Shown here one piece after another: positions 11,495 through 21,360 of a stretch of DNA of 64,000 nt. Position numbers and translations under genes: made by a program. Below the pieces are notes generated by a model. That model made no database searches and was not told the origin of the DNA. It worked only from the letters and a program-made list of their open reading frames with translations. Source of the DNA: an uncultured bacterium (GTDB lineage Bacteria > Zhuqueibacterota > QNDG01 > DTFT01); contig CAVTNR010000022.1 in assembly GCA_963736115.1 (NCBI GenBank), forward strand, positions 1-64,000, given 5' to 3'. The stretch's first letter is position 1. The number at the start of each line of letters is the position of its first letter.

Positions 11495-12538
11495 TTTAAG
11501 TCCCGGAAGCATTTCGAGAATCGTTTCCGCCGCCCTCAGCCCGGCCTTCCCGTCCAGGCTGTCGAACATGTGACGGCTGGCTTCTCGCCTGGCCGCACGG
11601 TGTTCGCCGGGATTCTCCAGCGCGGCCTCTATCGCCCCTGGCAGTTCATCCGCCGAGTCGATGCGCAGGCTGATCCGGTCGAGCATTTCCCGCACATGCG
11701 GGACGGAGCGGCGCGAGTCCGGGACGCGGAACGTCACAATGGGTTTGTCCAGGCCGCAGAATTCGGCGATGATGGAACTGGAATCGCCTACGAGCACGTC
11801 CGCCAGCAGGAGGTAGGGAAGGGTGTCGGGGTCCTCTATGAAACGCACTCGTTTCGTCCGCCGGAGCGCCCGCACGTACCGGCCGGATGTCCAGGGATGC
11901 ACGGTCGCGAGAATGTTGTAACGGTCCGTCAGCGACAGGAGCGACGGCAACCATCGGTCCACCGCGGACATGCCGCTCCGGTTCCAGGTGGCGGTGAAGA
12001 TCACGGTAGGCTTGTCCGGGTCCAGCCCCAGACGGAGCCGGAGTGTCTCGAGTTTTTCCGGCGTCCATGTGCCGTCAAAAGCCGGGTCCAGCTTCGGAAA
12101 ACCGACGGCCCGGGCCGTGCGTATACCGTGTTTGACCGCGCGTTCAAGCTCTTCGCGGCCGGTGAGGAAATACGCGTTGAATGCGTTGTAGTATTTCGCG
12201 CCCGCGAATGATTTGAACGTGTATGCGCCGTGCCGGAACCCGATGCGCACAATGGACTCGCAGGGGAACAGATGGGCGGCGTGGCGGCACATGATCACAG
12301 CGTCCGGGAACACGGGCCAGAACCGCACGGACAGGCCGAGACTCCGCGCGTAACGGGCGGTGCGGCGGTTTTTCACCACAACCGGCATGGCCGGGAGGTG
12401 CTTCAGCACCGGCCTCAGCAGGGCTGCGTCCATCGGCACCGCGCAGAACGCGGCAACGGCCGGCCTGCGGCCCAGCCGTCCGGCCAGTCGCCAGAGCAGG
12501 CAGTAGGGGCCTTTGATGAGGTAATAAGAGGGGATCAT
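11486..12538 (-). CDS. CDP-glycerol glycerophosphotransferase (TagB/TagF)-family protein
   Basis: FRHG, VGFPKLD, ATWN, HP, ADVLVGDSSSIIAEF..LDKPIV, DGKAG motifs. Confidence 0.75.
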   Translation of the reverse strand: MIPSYYLIKGPYCLLWRLAGRLGRRPAVAAFCAVPMDAALLRPVLKHLPAMPVVVKNRRTARYARSLGLSVRFWPVFPDAVIMCRHAAHLFPCESIVRIGFRHGAYTFKSFAGAKYYNAFNAYFLTGREELERAVKHGIRTARAVGFPKLDPAFDGTWTPEKLETLRLRLGLDPDKPTVIFTATWNRSGMSAVDRWLPSLLSLTDRYNILATVHPWTSGRYVRALRRTKRVRFIEDPDTLPYLLLADVLVGDSSSIIAEFCGLDKPIVTFRVPDSRRSVPHVREMLDRISLRIDSADELPGAIEAALENPGEHRAARREASRHMFDSLDGKAGLRAAETILEMLPGLKSS

Positions 12539-12541
12539 GGA

Positions 12542-13594
12542 TCAGTCCGGATCCCGGCCGTCGAGGTATCGGATCAGGCCGGACGCGATTTCATTTTCGA
12601 TTTCCGACCGGGCTCGCGTGAAGCGCCAGGCCGATCCGTCGCGCCTGTAATATCCGGACGATTGAACCACCGAATTAACCCCGAAGTGCAGGGCCTGGAA
12701 CTCGAACAGGCAGAATCCCTTCCCGTGCATCCCAATGTCCATGGACAGGAAGGGGGCGTCCATTTTCCGGAAGATGCCGTCGGCGAAATCGAGCAGCGCC
12801 GGATCCGCCTCGATGCCGAATTCATGGAGCTTGGTGCCGCTGGCGCGGAAATCGTTCTTGAACACGCGGCGCCGGATCACGTAATATTTCCCGGCCACGG
12901 CCTGCACCCGCCAGTCCCAGGTCAGATCGGGCACGTATTCCTGCAGGACGAAATTCCGCTCTTTCAGCGCGTACTCCCGGTACTGGATATAGTCCGTCCG
13001 GTTGTCGTAATCCGGGTATGCGGGGTACCGTTTTTTTCGGCGCAGGGTTTTCCTGCGGAACAGGTCCAGCCGGGTCCCGATGCTCTGCCGTTCCAGTCCC
13101 CGTATTCTTTTGATCAACTCCGCTTCGTCCCGCACTAGAAAGACGCCTTTTCCGTTCGACGTGTCCACGGATTTCAGCACGACCGGGAACCGGATCGGAG
13201 TGCCGGTCAGGTCGTCCGCAGAACTGAAGTAGCGCGCGGCCAGCGATTCGATGCCCAGGCGGCGCTTGACCAGCTCCTGGTATCCCTTGTTCTCGTGGCA
13301 CAGCAGGAGGTCATAGCGCGGGACGAGCCGGTTGGCGCCGTCGTCGAGATGACGGACCGTGTCGATGATGTACCGGCGCAGGTTCGGCTTCTGGCTGAAC
13401 GTGTAGAACACATCGGCGTCGCGCACGATCGAATGCCCGTTCACCACGGCGTGGAAAGGCATCACCTCGGGTTTCAGCCCCGCGGCTTCGAAAACCCGGA
13501 CCATTTTTGCGACGTCCATGCTGACCCAGGCTTTCCGGGTCTGTCCGAAGAAACCCCGGTTTCCGGTCAGCAGGACGAATCGGCTTTTTCTCAT
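12542..13594 (-). CDS. ATP-grasp (RimK-like) ligase
   Basis: HENK, FPVVLKS...SNGKGVFLV, LQEYVP, DFRASG, SMDI..LFEFQ; start placed after a GAGGGG RBS. Confidence 0.75.
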   Translation of the reverse strand: MRKSRFVLLTGNRGFFGQTRKAWVSMDVAKMVRVFEAAGLKPEVMPFHAVVNGHSIVRDADVFYTFSQKPNLRRYIIDTVRHLDDGANRLVPRYDLLLCHENKGYQELVKRRLGIESLAARYFSSADDLTGTPIRFPVVLKSVDTSNGKGVFLVRDEAELIKRIRGLERQSIGTRLDLFRRKTLRRKKRYPAYPDYDNRTDYIQYREYALKERNFVLQEYVPDLTWDWRVQAVAGKYYVIRRRVFKNDFRASGTKLHEFGIEADPALLDFADGIFRKMDAPFLSMDIGMHGKGFCLFEFQALHFGVNSVVQSSGYYRRDGSAWRFTRARSEIENEIASGLIRYLDGRDPD

Positions 13595-13624
13595 TCGAAG
13601 CGATCCCCTCATTTATGAATCTGA

Positions 13625-13910
13625 TCGCTCGCGCATTCCCCGCCGCTTGCCTTCAACCAGAAGGCATATAATAGCTTGGTCCCGTGTAGCGGGCGGCGGG
13701 GTAAGCGAGTGAATATAATCTGTTTTCTTCTTTACAGATAGAAGATTCCCCGGCTTCGCCGGACCAAGCTATACAATTTTATCTGTTTGAAGGCCCGCGG
13801 CTTGCCTTCAATACTCCAGAAATATAATAAATTGGTCCCGCAAAGCGGGGTCTTCAATAATTTAAAAATACAATTGCTTGATCCCGAGCAGCGGGCCGCG
13901 GGGAGCTTCA
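13625..13910. mobile_element. Composite of palindromic repeats carrying four 44-45 bp core+hairpin units
   Basis: Units at 13650-13693(+), 13750-13793(-), 13805-13849(+), 13851-13895(+) interrupt the host hairpins CCCCGCCGCTTG^CGGCGGGG and CCCGCGGCTTG^CCGCGGGG; mobility is inferred. Confidence 0.65.
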
Positions 13911-14927
13911 AAGTCGCCGGACGGAACCGGCGTGCAGCCGGACCCGTGCCGCGACGCTCTCGGGCGTCGTGTCGATCATGCAGCGGAAATGCCGTTCCGG
14001 GCACCGCCTGCCCCCGTGCCGCGAGCAGGGCCTGCAAGCCAGGTCCTGCTCCAGAATTTCGTCTCCGGGCCGCCAGGGCGCGCAGCCGAAACGACGCACC
14101 GTGGGGCCGAATAGGGCGATCACGTCCGTTCCGGCCGCGTCGGCCATATGCAGGGGCGCGCTGTCATTGGTCACCAGCACATCCAGCCGGCTGAGCACGG
14201 CGGCGGACTCGAGCACGGACAATGCACCCGCGCAATTGACCGACCGGCTCCCCGTTCCGTCGAGCACGGAGGCGCAGAGGCTCCTGTCCTCAGGGCCTCC
14301 CACGGCTGTGAGGTTCATCCCTTCGGCCGAAAGGATGCGCGCCAGCGCGGCGTAATGCGATTCAGGCCAGCGTTTGGTGGGCCACACCGAACCGGGCGCC
14401 AGGCCCACCAGGGGGCCGCCGGCTCGCCGCAGGGAGGCGGTGACCGCATCCGCGGTTTGTTCCTCGGCTTCGGACCATCGCAATTCCGTGCGGTCGTCGA
14501 ATGTCCGGTCCGTAAACGGCGAGAGTAAAGTCAGATAGCGGCGCCGCATGTGCAGGCCCTTCGGCGGAGTAACCGGATGTGTCAGCCCCTTCTGGCGGCG
14601 GAATCCGACGCGAGTTCGGATGCCGGCCGCGGCCATGAGAAAGGACGCTGTGGCGTGAAGCTGGAGCGAGAAGGACGCGTCATAATGTTCCGACCTCAGG
14701 CTGCGCACAAGCCGGAACAGTCCGGCCGTCTTGCGGAAAACCGTGCTCTTGTCCAATGTCCACACCCGGTGGACCGCAGGCGAGTGCTGAAACACGATTT
14801 TCGTCTGGGGTACGGTAAGCGCATCCACCTGCGCGTCCGGGAAGACCTGCGCCAGAGCCCTGAAAAACGGGGTGGAAAGTATGACATCGCCGAGATAGGC
14901 GGTCTGGATCACCAGGATTTTCTTCAT
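13908..14927 (-). CDS. GT9 LPS heptosyltransferase (WaaF/WaaQ-like)
   Basis: QTAYLGDVILSTP, APGSVWPTKRWP, NDSAPLHMA, LFGPT. Confidence 0.9.
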   Translation of the reverse strand: MKKILVIQTAYLGDVILSTPFFRALAQVFPDAQVDALTVPQTKIVFQHSPAVHRVWTLDKSTVFRKTAGLFRLVRSLRSEHYDASFSLQLHATASFLMAAAGIRTRVGFRRQKGLTHPVTPPKGLHMRRRYLTLLSPFTDRTFDDRTELRWSEAEEQTADAVTASLRRAGGPLVGLAPGSVWPTKRWPESHYAALARILSAEGMNLTAVGGPEDRSLCASVLDGTGSRSVNCAGALSVLESAAVLSRLDVLVTNDSAPLHMADAAGTDVIALFGPTVRRFGCAPWRPGDEILEQDLACRPCSRHGGRRCPERHFRCMIDTTPESVAARVRLHAGSVRRL

Positions 14928-16171
14928 CGGTCCGCCCGCCGGGCCGGATCCGCGGCCGGCTTGTTCCAGGTCCCCGCAGGCGGGAGGAGCCGGCCGTACA
15001 GATCCATATAGGCGTCCACCGTGCGGCGAATGTCGAAAGAGGCCACGGTCCGCTTCGCCTCTTGCGCCAGTCGCAGTCTCAGTGCCGGATCGGAAACGAG
15101 ACGGAGCAGGGCGTCCGCGAGACGGTCCGGGTCCCGCGGCTGAACCAGAAGCCCGCTGACGCCGTCCTGCACGGCTTCGGGTATGCCGCCGGTTCTGCAG
15201 GCCACAACCGGCACTCCCGCGGCCTGCGCGTCCAGAATGGACGTGCCCAGCCCCTCTTTTTTGCTCGCCAGCACGAACAGGTCAAACGACTTGAGATAGC
15301 GTCCCGCGTCCTTCCGGAATCCGGCGAAATGAAATCGATTTCCGAGGCCCAGGTCCGCGGCCGTGCGCCGCACGGATTTTTCGTCCGGCCCGTCGCCCAC
15401 GGCGCAGAATACGACGCGGGGATCCGCGGCCAGCACTTTGGACGCGGCGGCCAGCAGGTTGGGATAGTCCTTGTGCCCGGCCATGGACGCCACGGTACCG
15501 ATCAACACGCCGCCCTCCGGTACGCCGATTTCAGCGCGAAGGCCGGTGTCCGGCCGCATGCCGTTGAACCGGCGGATGTCGATACCGCTGCGGATGACCT
15601 CGAGTTTCCGGCCGTCGAGACCGTCCGACAGGAGCACGGACCGGATGCCTTCGGATATGCACACGATCCGGTCCAAAGCCCGGGTGCGGTATTTCAGTCG
15701 GCTCCACGGATTGGCGCCGACGTGGAAATCCACGCGACGGACCGCCACGATCCTGAGGGACGGACGAAACAGCCGCGCCCAGAGGCAGAGCGCCAGGCCG
15801 TGCGACGTGTGGGCCTGCAGGATGTCCACACCGCGGCCGCGGCAGAATCGCGCGATCCGGAAAGCCGAGAACGCGTCGAGCTCTCCGGCCAGGGGCAGGG
15901 CGAGCCGCGGGATGCCGGCGGCTTCGCATCGCCGGTCCAGTTCCGAGCCTTCCCTGCAGGCGAGCATGGAGGGCAAACCACACTCGGCCAGGCCGGTCAG
16001 AAGGGACCATACCTGCTGCTGGCCTCCGCGCCATCCCGGGGTTTCGTCCACGTGCAGGACGAAAGGATGCCTGCCGGTATCGGTCCACCCGGATTTCCGG
16101 TCACCGGTCTCGGAGAGGCCGGCCTCCTGCCGGGCAGAAGCCATCGCAGCTGGACCCGTTGCGCCGCTCAT
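14924..16171 (-). CDS. GT4 glycosyltransferase
   Basis: WRGGQQQ, RRVDF, HKDY, SKKEGLGTSILDA, GGIPE. Confidence 0.88.
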   Translation of the reverse strand: MSGATGPAAMASARQEAGLSETGDRKSGWTDTGRHPFVLHVDETPGWRGGQQQVWSLLTGLAECGLPSMLACREGSELDRRCEAAGIPRLALPLAGELDAFSAFRIARFCRGRGVDILQAHTSHGLALCLWARLFRPSLRIVAVRRVDFHVGANPWSRLKYRTRALDRIVCISEGIRSVLLSDGLDGRKLEVIRSGIDIRRFNGMRPDTGLRAEIGVPEGGVLIGTVASMAGHKDYPNLLAAASKVLAADPRVVFCAVGDGPDEKSVRRTAADLGLGNRFHFAGFRKDAGRYLKSFDLFVLASKKEGLGTSILDAQAAGVPVVACRTGGIPEAVQDGVSGLLVQPRDPDRLADALLRLVSDPALRLRLAQEAKRTVASFDIRRTVDAYMDLYGRLLPPAGTWNKPAADPARRADR

Positions 16172-16911
16172 CGGTCATCCAGCCATTGCTTCAGGTATTT
16201 CAGGTACACGCCGAATGCGGAATTCTTCGCGAGAACGAGACCGGTCCAACCGTCGAGGAATCCGAGTTGGAAAAAATACATCTTCAGGAATTTATGATGA
16301 CCGTGGAAAAACGCGCCCAGCCGGGTGAAGGTGCGCCTCCGGCCGGGAATCTGACCGGCGCCGAGAAACGCGTATCGCGTCATCTTGGCCATGTGGGATT
16401 CCAGCGTCGGATACGGGTGGTGGAACAGGAGCTCCTCCAGGACGCCGGCCGGCCCGTTCAGTACGACGCGTTCATGCACCGGGCGGTCATTGAAATTTCC
16501 GGCCCGCCGGTCGAACAGACGGAGCGGCCGGTCGTTCTGCCACCCGCTGAACCGGACGGGTTCGCCCAGATAATGCGATCGTCTGCGGATGCGGTAGCCG
16601 GAGAACGCGGGATGCCCGAGTGTTTCGCGTATCCGCGCGGCGAGGGGGTCCGACACGCGCTCGTCCGCGTCCACGGAGAGAATCCAGTTGTGCGACGCCG
16701 CCTCAACTGCGCGGCGTTTGGTGGGACCGAACCCCATCCACGGTTCCGTGATCACGCGGCATCCGGCGCCGCGGCAGAGTTCCTGCGTGCCGTCCGAGGA
16801 TCCGGAATCGAGCACCACGATTTCATCCGCCCAGGCGACCGATTTGAGGCAGGCGGAGATATTCGCGGCCTCGTTCTTCGTCACGATCACGACGGACAGT
16901 TCAGGACGCAC
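16168..16911 (-). CDS. GT2 glycosyltransferase (WaaE/KdtX-like)
   Basis: VTKNEA, DSGSSDGT, VDADE, VHE, LGFLDG. Confidence 0.88.
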   Translation of the reverse strand: MRPELSVVIVTKNEAANISACLKSVAWADEIVVLDSGSSDGTQELCRGAGCRVITEPWMGFGPTKRRAVEAASHNWILSVDADERVSDPLAARIRETLGHPAFSGYRIRRRSHYLGEPVRFSGWQNDRPLRLFDRRAGNFNDRPVHERVVLNGPAGVLEELLFHHPYPTLESHMAKMTRYAFLGAGQIPGRRRTFTRLGAFFHGHHKFLKMYFFQLGFLDGWTGLVLAKNSAFGVYLKYLKQWLDDR

Positions 16912-18112
16912 GATCCGGCTCCTCCCGGTTTCCGTCAGAAGGCGCGGCCGACGCGGAGCCGGACGGACCCTTTCGGTCGGATTCCACGATGGTCCGGATC
17001 CGGCGGGCCCGCTTCTCCCAGGTCCATTCCGCAGCCGCCTTCAGAACGTTCTCGCGCATCACCTGCCATCGGTCCCGCTGGGAAAAGAAGCGGTCGATCG
17101 CCGCGGCCATCGAGGCCTCGTTTTCCGGCGGGAAGAACAGCCCGGTTTCGTCCTCGCGGACCAGCTCCCGCATGGTGGGCAGATCCGCGGCGAGCACCGG
17201 TATGCCGTGCCCGAAATAGTCGAAAAGTTTCAGCGGGGAGGTGAGGTATCGGTTGAAAAACGTATCCCGGAGCGGCAATGCGCCGAGAGCGGCGCCGGAC
17301 AGGCAATTCTCCAGGGCCATACGATCGAGCCAGCCTGTGACTGTCACGTTGAGGCCGGCCGCGATTCCCGAGGCGTGTTTTTCAAATATCCGCACTTCCG
17401 CGGGCGTCTTCCCGCCGATGATGCGCACGGGCGGTTTTGTTTCGGACCGGGCGGCGGCCCTCAGCATCAGGTCCACGCCCTTATGGCTGTCGAGGGATCC
17501 GATGTAAACCAGTTCGCGGGGGTTGGAGGCGCCGGAGTGAACCTTCCAGAGCCCGGTCCGGGCCACGTGAACCGGCACGTCCGGAAAAGTCCTGCGGTAC
17601 CAGTCCCTCTGCGATTCCTGGAGGCAGATCACGGCGGTGAGTCCCGGTATGTTTTCCCGCTCCAGCCGCTCGAGCCGGCGTTTCCGGGACGGATGGACGT
17701 CGTCCCGCACGGACAGGTCCGCGTAAAAGTCGTGGCTCTCAAAATAGACGGGAATGCCGTATTCCCCCCGCAGGGTTTTGAGCATGGGCAGAAGCACGGG
17801 ATTTCTCGCGATTACCGCGTCGACCGCGCCGGACCGGATCAGGCCGGCCAGGCTGCGTTCGACGCTCCGGACATGCCAGAAGTGGGCGGGCATCCAGGAC
17901 GGGCTGGACACCGCGTGCACGTCCAGATTCGAAGGGGGCTTGAACCCGAAGCGGGAGCGGATGATTTCCGCCGGTTTGAGAGATGAGTTGCGGCGGATGT
18001 AATAGTGGCACCCATTGAAGGCATACGCCAGGGCCATGGCGTTATACGTGGCGAACGTGAAGCTCGGAGAGGGGGACGGAAAGCGTCCCGTGTGCGCGTA
18101 GGCGACGGGCAC
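16901..18112 (-). CDS. GT4 glycosyltransferase
   Basis: FESH, YIGSL..HKG, TSPLKLFDY, GT-B C-terminal WTWEKRA. Confidence 0.8.
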   Translation of the reverse strand: MPVAYAHTGRFPSPSPSFTFATYNAMALAYAFNGCHYYIRRNSSLKPAEIIRSRFGFKPPSNLDVHAVSSPSWMPAHFWHVRSVERSLAGLIRSGAVDAVIARNPVLLPMLKTLRGEYGIPVYFESHDFYADLSVRDDVHPSRKRRLERLERENIPGLTAVICLQESQRDWYRRTFPDVPVHVARTGLWKVHSGASNPRELVYIGSLDSHKGVDLMLRAAARSETKPPVRIIGGKTPAEVRIFEKHASGIAAGLNVTVTGWLDRMALENCLSGAALGALPLRDTFFNRYLTSPLKLFDYFGHGIPVLAADLPTMRELVREDETGLFFPPENEASMAAAIDRFFSQRDRWQVMRENVLKAAAEWTWEKRARRIRTIVESDRKGPSGSASAAPSDGNREEPDRAS

Positions 18113-18115
18113 GGG

Positions 18116-18883
18116 TCAATTCCCCGAACGCCGGCCCGAGACGCCGGCGGAAGGCATGTTCTGCGGTGCGCGTTTTTCCGCGATCGCGGCGAGATAGGCC
18201 GCCTTGCCCGGAAAGAGTCCGTTCAGCAGACGGTCGAGGGCAAGGGCCGCGCCGTTCACCGGCAGACGCGCAGACGCCAGCCATTTCACGGCGCGCTTGT
18301 TCACGATGCGTTCGATCCGGACCACTCGGAATCCTGTTCCATTGATACGCTCCGCGAATCCCGCTTCGTCATACGTGCGGAGGTGGCCGCTGCGGTGCGC
18401 GGAGGCTCCGCATTTCGGACAGCGGACGGTTTTGGCTTCCAGGTTCTCGCGATAGGGCACGCAGAATACGGCCCTTCCGCCCGGCTTGAGCAATTCCGAA
18501 AGTTTCCGCAGGGCCGCCCGGTCGTCCGGAATATGCTCCAGCACCTCCTGGCAGACGAGGGCGTCCGCCGGTTCCATGGAGAACCGGAACAGGTCCGCTC
18601 GGTGGACGCGGATCTTCCAGTCCGCGGCCGCGTCCGCGAAAGCGGCCAGGCTGACCGGGTTCGCGTCCACCGCGGTTACGGACCATCCGCGGGCCGCCAT
18701 CAGGACGGACATGAATCCCGTGCCGCAGCCGGCGTCCACGACGGCCGCAGGCCGTCGCGGGAGCATGCGGAGCAGCCGCCGATACCGCAGAATTTCGTTC
18801 CGGTAACGCCGCGTGCGGGTGTCGGCCGTCCATACGTCGTACAGAGGGTTCGTCTCCAGCGGATGGTCGCAGGCTGTTTTCAT
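18116..18883 (-). CDS. Class I SAM-dependent methyltransferase
   Basis: VDAGCGTG, EVLEHI, LKPGG; carries a CPKC...H..GH insert. Confidence 0.85.
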   Translation of the reverse strand: MKTACDHPLETNPLYDVWTADTRTRRYRNEILRYRRLLRMLPRRPAAVVDAGCGTGFMSVLMAARGWSVTAVDANPVSLAAFADAAADWKIRVHRADLFRFSMEPADALVCQEVLEHIPDDRAALRKLSELLKPGGRAVFCVPYRENLEAKTVRCPKCGASAHRSGHLRTYDEAGFAERINGTGFRVVRIERIVNKRAVKWLASARLPVNGAALALDRLLNGLFPGKAAYLAAIAEKRAPQNMPSAGVSGRRSGN

Positions 18884-20106
18884 CGGACCGCCCCGTTCCG
18901 CAGAACGCGGTCGAACAGTCGCGACAGGTCCGCGGCCTGCTCCCTGCGGTCGAAGCGTTTCACGAACCGGGAGGCGCAGGGCCTATTCAACCGTCCGCGG
19001 CGCCAATCGTCGAGGAGCTTCAGGACCTCGCGTTTCACGGATGCGGGATCCCCCTGGAAGGCCACACGGGCGTTCCGGTAAGCGGACATCATCCGCGTCA
19101 GTTCTCCGGGTCCGTAAGCGACGGCCAGGATGGGATTACCGGTGGCCATGTACTCGAACACCTTCTGGGTCAGAACCTCGGACGCGGCCGTGCCCGTTGC
19201 AAGCAGGAGCAGAGCGTCGGCCTGCCGCATCACCGAGAGCACGGACCGGTGCGGCTGGTATGTTGAAAATTCGGAGACGCGCCTCACGTTCGGCAGGTTC
19301 CGGACGGCACTGCGGTTACCGGTGCCGCCGATCACGCGCAGGGTGATCCGGTCCGCCCATTCGGGACGGGTCCTCAGGATTTCCTCAAGCGCGTTCAGGA
19401 AAACGGCCGGGTCGCTTTTACGCGTGAAACGGCCGCAATAGGCGATCGTCAGCCGGCCTGCGGTTTTTCTGCCTTCGGATGCGGATTCCGGAAAGTCCTC
19501 CGGGTCGTATCCGTTGGGCAGGAAATGGAGAACGGCGGAGGCGGGCGCCGCGGCCCGGATGTTGGCCTTTGCCTGCGGCGTGACCGCGACCACCGCACGG
19601 CACCGGCTGAGCGCCTCTTTTTCCGCCCGTTTCATCCTGTCGCGGCCGGACGGCGCGACGTTCGGATCCATGGACCACTCGTCCCGCAGGTCCGCGACCC
19701 ATGGAATGCCGGTCCGGTCCGCGATTTCAGAGGCGATGATCTGAACCGAATGGGGCGGAGACGACGCAAACAGAAGATCAATTCCATCCTCCCGGACGAT
19801 CCGGACCGCGCGGCGCACGGCCGCTTTCCGCCAGGAGATGTGTCGATCCGGAAAACGTCTGCGTCCGGCCATTCGCCGCCAGGCGGACGGCATCCAGGCG
19901 GCCCAGTCCATGACCCGGTGCACCCGGACGCCAGCGGGCAGATCCGCCAGCAGGGACGCGTCCCGCGTCACCAGCGGGTGTTTTGCCGTCAGGATCACGG
20001 GCTGGTATCCGTTTTCCGGCAGATACTTGACGAATTTCAGCACGCGCTGAACCGCGGGGCCTCCTTCGGGAGGGAAGTGGTAGGCGAGGACCAGGACGCG
20101 TTTCAT
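18880..20106 (-). CDS. GT4 glycosyltransferase
   Basis: YHFPP.GG..VQR..KFVKYL, SSPPHS, DLRDEW, NGYD, KVFEY. Confidence 0.87.
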   Translation of the reverse strand: MKRVLVLAYHFPPEGGPAVQRVLKFVKYLPENGYQPVILTAKHPLVTRDASLLADLPAGVRVHRVMDWAAWMPSAWRRMAGRRRFPDRHISWRKAAVRRAVRIVREDGIDLLFASSPPHSVQIIASEIADRTGIPWVADLRDEWSMDPNVAPSGRDRMKRAEKEALSRCRAVVAVTPQAKANIRAAAPASAVLHFLPNGYDPEDFPESASEGRKTAGRLTIAYCGRFTRKSDPAVFLNALEEILRTRPEWADRITLRVIGGTGNRSAVRNLPNVRRVSEFSTYQPHRSVLSVMRQADALLLLATGTAASEVLTQKVFEYMATGNPILAVAYGPGELTRMMSAYRNARVAFQGDPASVKREVLKLLDDWRRGRLNRPCASRFVKRFDRREQAADLSRLFDRVLRNGAVR

Positions 20107-21050
20107 ATATTTTTCAGGAGACGGTAATTGCGAAATCCGCCGATCGGCCGTCCGCCCAGGACGCGTCGTTCAATGAAGGACAGGAAACGGTATTTCAGGC
20201 ATTCGTGCTTGTGGGGCTGACGCCGCGGGTCTGGTTTTCCGCTCGTCTGAAGCATGCCCGCCCAGTCGAGCCGCGATATTCTGTCCTTCATGACCGCGGG
20301 ATGCGTGCCGGTGAAAACAGCGAGCCTGTCCATGGGGCCGTAATCGAAGGCCTGGGGCCCGGTGTCGTAATGCGATGCGGCGCGCTTCAGGCCCCAGTGA
20401 ACGGAATCGAGCGCGCGCTTCTTGTTCTGCATGAGACGGGGCGGCCTCACCCATCCGTAATGGTAAATCGTCGCGTCGACTTTGGCCACACGGAGCGGCC
20501 GGTGGCCACGCGGCTGGCGGGGATGTTCATAATGACTGAAACTCCGGAAGGACTGGGCGCTCTGCCAGGAACGGATGTCCGGCCGGTTCCGGACAATGCG
20601 GACCTCGAAGGGATACCAGCCATGACCGCCGTGGACATGGCTGTAATCGCCCCAGAAATGGCGGTACCGGAAAAGCAGACCCTCGACCTCGGGCCGATCC
20701 GCCAGTTCCTCGCATCGCGCGCGCACCGCGGGCAGGTCCTGCTCGTGCGCCACCTCGTCGGCCTGGAGATAGAAAAGCCATTCCCCGGCGCAGGCATTCT
20801 TCGCGATATCGGTCTGAACCGCGTTGATCGCGCCTTTGATGAAGTACCGTTCGTCCCACACCGTTTCGATGATGCGGACCTTGGGATCCCGGATGGACCG
20901 GATCGTTTCAAGAGTGGCGTCGTCCGGATCGCCCTTGCCGACCGCCACGACGAACTCGTCCACGATCGGGAGAACGGAGGCGATGGATTCCGCGACCGGG
21001 TAATAGAGTTTGACGCCGTTCCGAACGAATGAAAAACCGCTGATTTTCAT
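20103..21050 (-). CDS. GT2-like glycosyltransferase
   Basis: ISGFSFVRNG, YLQADE, HFWGDY, YHYGWVRPP. Confidence 0.8.
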   Translation of the reverse strand: MKISGFSFVRNGVKLYYPVAESIASVLPIVDEFVVAVGKGDPDDATLETIRSIRDPKVRIIETVWDERYFIKGAINAVQTDIAKNACAGEWLFYLQADEVAHEQDLPAVRARCEELADRPEVEGLLFRYRHFWGDYSHVHGGHGWYPFEVRIVRNRPDIRSWQSAQSFRSFSHYEHPRQPRGHRPLRVAKVDATIYHYGWVRPPRLMQNKKRALDSVHWGLKRAASHYDTGPQAFDYGPMDRLAVFTGTHPAVMKDRISRLDWAGMLQTSGKPDPRRQPHKHECLKYRFLSFIERRVLGGRPIGGFRNYRLLKNI

Positions 21051-21360
21051 GCATAAACCGATAGGTTAAACCGGAAAAATACAGCTTAAAATAAATATTT
21101 TTAATACCATTCGCAAATCCTTTTTCACCGGACGGCCGGTTCCGAGAGTCCTCGGAGCGAGGACTTGCGTTCTGATTCCTATGCGGCCGGAATAATCAGG
21201 ACGGTCGGGGAATGCCACCGCTCTTCCGGCAATCCTGAGGCCCCGGATCCGGACGGTCCGGACCCGGTCTTTCGATGGTTCATGACCGGTTTGCGGGAAG
21301 CCGTAAAGATGAATAAAATATCGTTTTGGATTGTCTTTTTTTATGTTATATTACTCGATT

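Noticed and set aside
13650-13895. Core units as a CRISPR or integron attC array
   Set aside because: Mixed orientation, the variable part is only about 10-14 bp, there are no cassette ORFs, and no attC RYYYAAC/GTTRRRY boxes were seen
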